From positions 1,216,001 through 1,280,000 of the forward strand of contig CAXXFF010000002.1 in assembly GCA_963676835.2 (NCBI GenBank): DNA of 64,000 nucleotides, in the 5' to 3' direction. Source of the DNA: Marispirochaeta sp. (lineage in GTDB: Bacteria > Spirochaetota > Spirochaetia > JC444 > Marispirochaetaceae). Both the position numbers and the translations under genes were made by a program. The notes beneath the pieces were generated by a model, which did not search any database, was not told the DNA's origin, and saw nothing but the letters and a program-made list of their open reading frames with translations. This document shows, piece by piece, positions 63,314-64,000 of the stretch; position 1 is the first letter of the stretch; each line of letters begins with the position of its first letter.

Positions 63314-64000
63314 CAGATGAGAGCATGCAGGTTCGGTTCCGCCCGGCGGTCTTTGCCTGCATCAGGCTTCGGGTAAGGTTTTCCATAATGGATTCTATAG
63401 ATTCCGGCTGGTCCATCCCGTCCAGCATGGCTATGCCTATGCTCACGGTGGCGGGTATGGCTTTGCCGTTGCTGCCTATTTTCTGAAATTCCACTGCACT
63501 GCGTATTTTTTCTGCTGCAACCTGTACCTTTTCCGGGGCAGTATCCGGCAGAATAATCAGAAAAGACTCCCCTCCATAGCGGCCGGCACTGTCATATTTA
63601 CGGATGCATCCGCGTATTGTTTCCGCCGTCTGCTTGATAACGAGATCCCCGGTTTTTTCACCGTAGGTGGAGTTGAGAATGGAAAACTGATCCATGTCCG
63701 CCATAAGAACACCGGTCTGCTGTTTTTTGCGGCAGGCCCGGGCTATCTCTATATCGAGAATCCGCATTACTGCTTTCCGGTTTAAGAGCCCTGTAAGGTT
63801 GTCCCAGATTGACTGCAGTTTAAGGGTTTCCTGGCTGGCTTCGGTAAAACGGGCAAAGAAAAATGCTGAATAGGCAATTGCTGCGAGGTTTACCACCATG
63901 TTGGCGAGATTCAGCAGGGTGGAAACAGAGTTGCTCAGACTGGTAACAGGAGCCTGACGAGTTGAGATGGTATAGAGAACTATATAGGCGGCGGCGATAA
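63300..64000 (-). CDS. Membrane-associated GGDEF-domain protein, 5' end outside the window
   Basis: DNLTGLLNR, RYGGESF and TVSIG; the frame stays open through TM-like residues to the window end. Confidence 0.85.
   Translation of the reverse strand, partial: IAAAYIVLYTISTRQAPVTSLSNSVSTLLNLANMVVNLAAIAYSAFFFARFTEASQETLKLQSIWDNLTGLLNRKAVMRILDIEIARACRKKQQTGVLMADMDQFSILNSTYGEKTGDLVIKQTAETIRGCIRKYDSAGRYGGESFLIILPDTAPEKVQVAAEKIRSAVEFQKIGSNGKAIPATVSIGIAMLDGMDQPESIESIMENLTRSLMQAKTAGRNRTCMLSSATRE

Overview
A gene-dense bacterial chromosomal window of about 50% GC. The gene families (LA_3696-like coiled-coil protein, J-domain protein, long KtrB, caspase-FGE fusions) suggest a free-living spirochaete; this is an inference. 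The flanks are mostly housekeeping or metabolic. The left flank has the msrA 3' end, a nitroreductase, a KDG kinase, a ferredoxin, a PduO-type adenosyltransferase, two TrmH-family methyltransferases, ftsH and a two-gene SufC/SufB (SMS-type) Fe-S system. The right flank has a Gld-like ABC exporter, ktrAB/corA, rbsK, arcA and alr. The centre (about 12.7-39.4 kb) is an accessory region bracketed by toxin-antitoxin-like modules. It holds a largely co-oriented cluster of mostly exported proteins: five caspase-family (C14) proteases fused to beta-propeller, FGE-sulfatase or LPP20-like modules, plus a papain-like protease, a transglutaminase-like protein, two vWA proteins, a DUF4384-like protein and a Sel1 protein with a soluble MotA-like domain. 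Seven of these proteins share an [S/T/P/R]-R-G-hydrophobic motif, which suggests an extracytoplasmic Arg-specific proteolytic cascade; this is the best candidate for an undescribed system. A second module (58.7-62.4 kb) links a membrane-anchored LuxR regulator, a repeated palindromic operator, a stand-alone ThsB-like TIR protein and a YjzC-like peptide. No rRNA, tRNA, CRISPR array, integrase, transposase or reverse transcriptase was recognised. All family assignments come from motif recognition by eye, not database searches.
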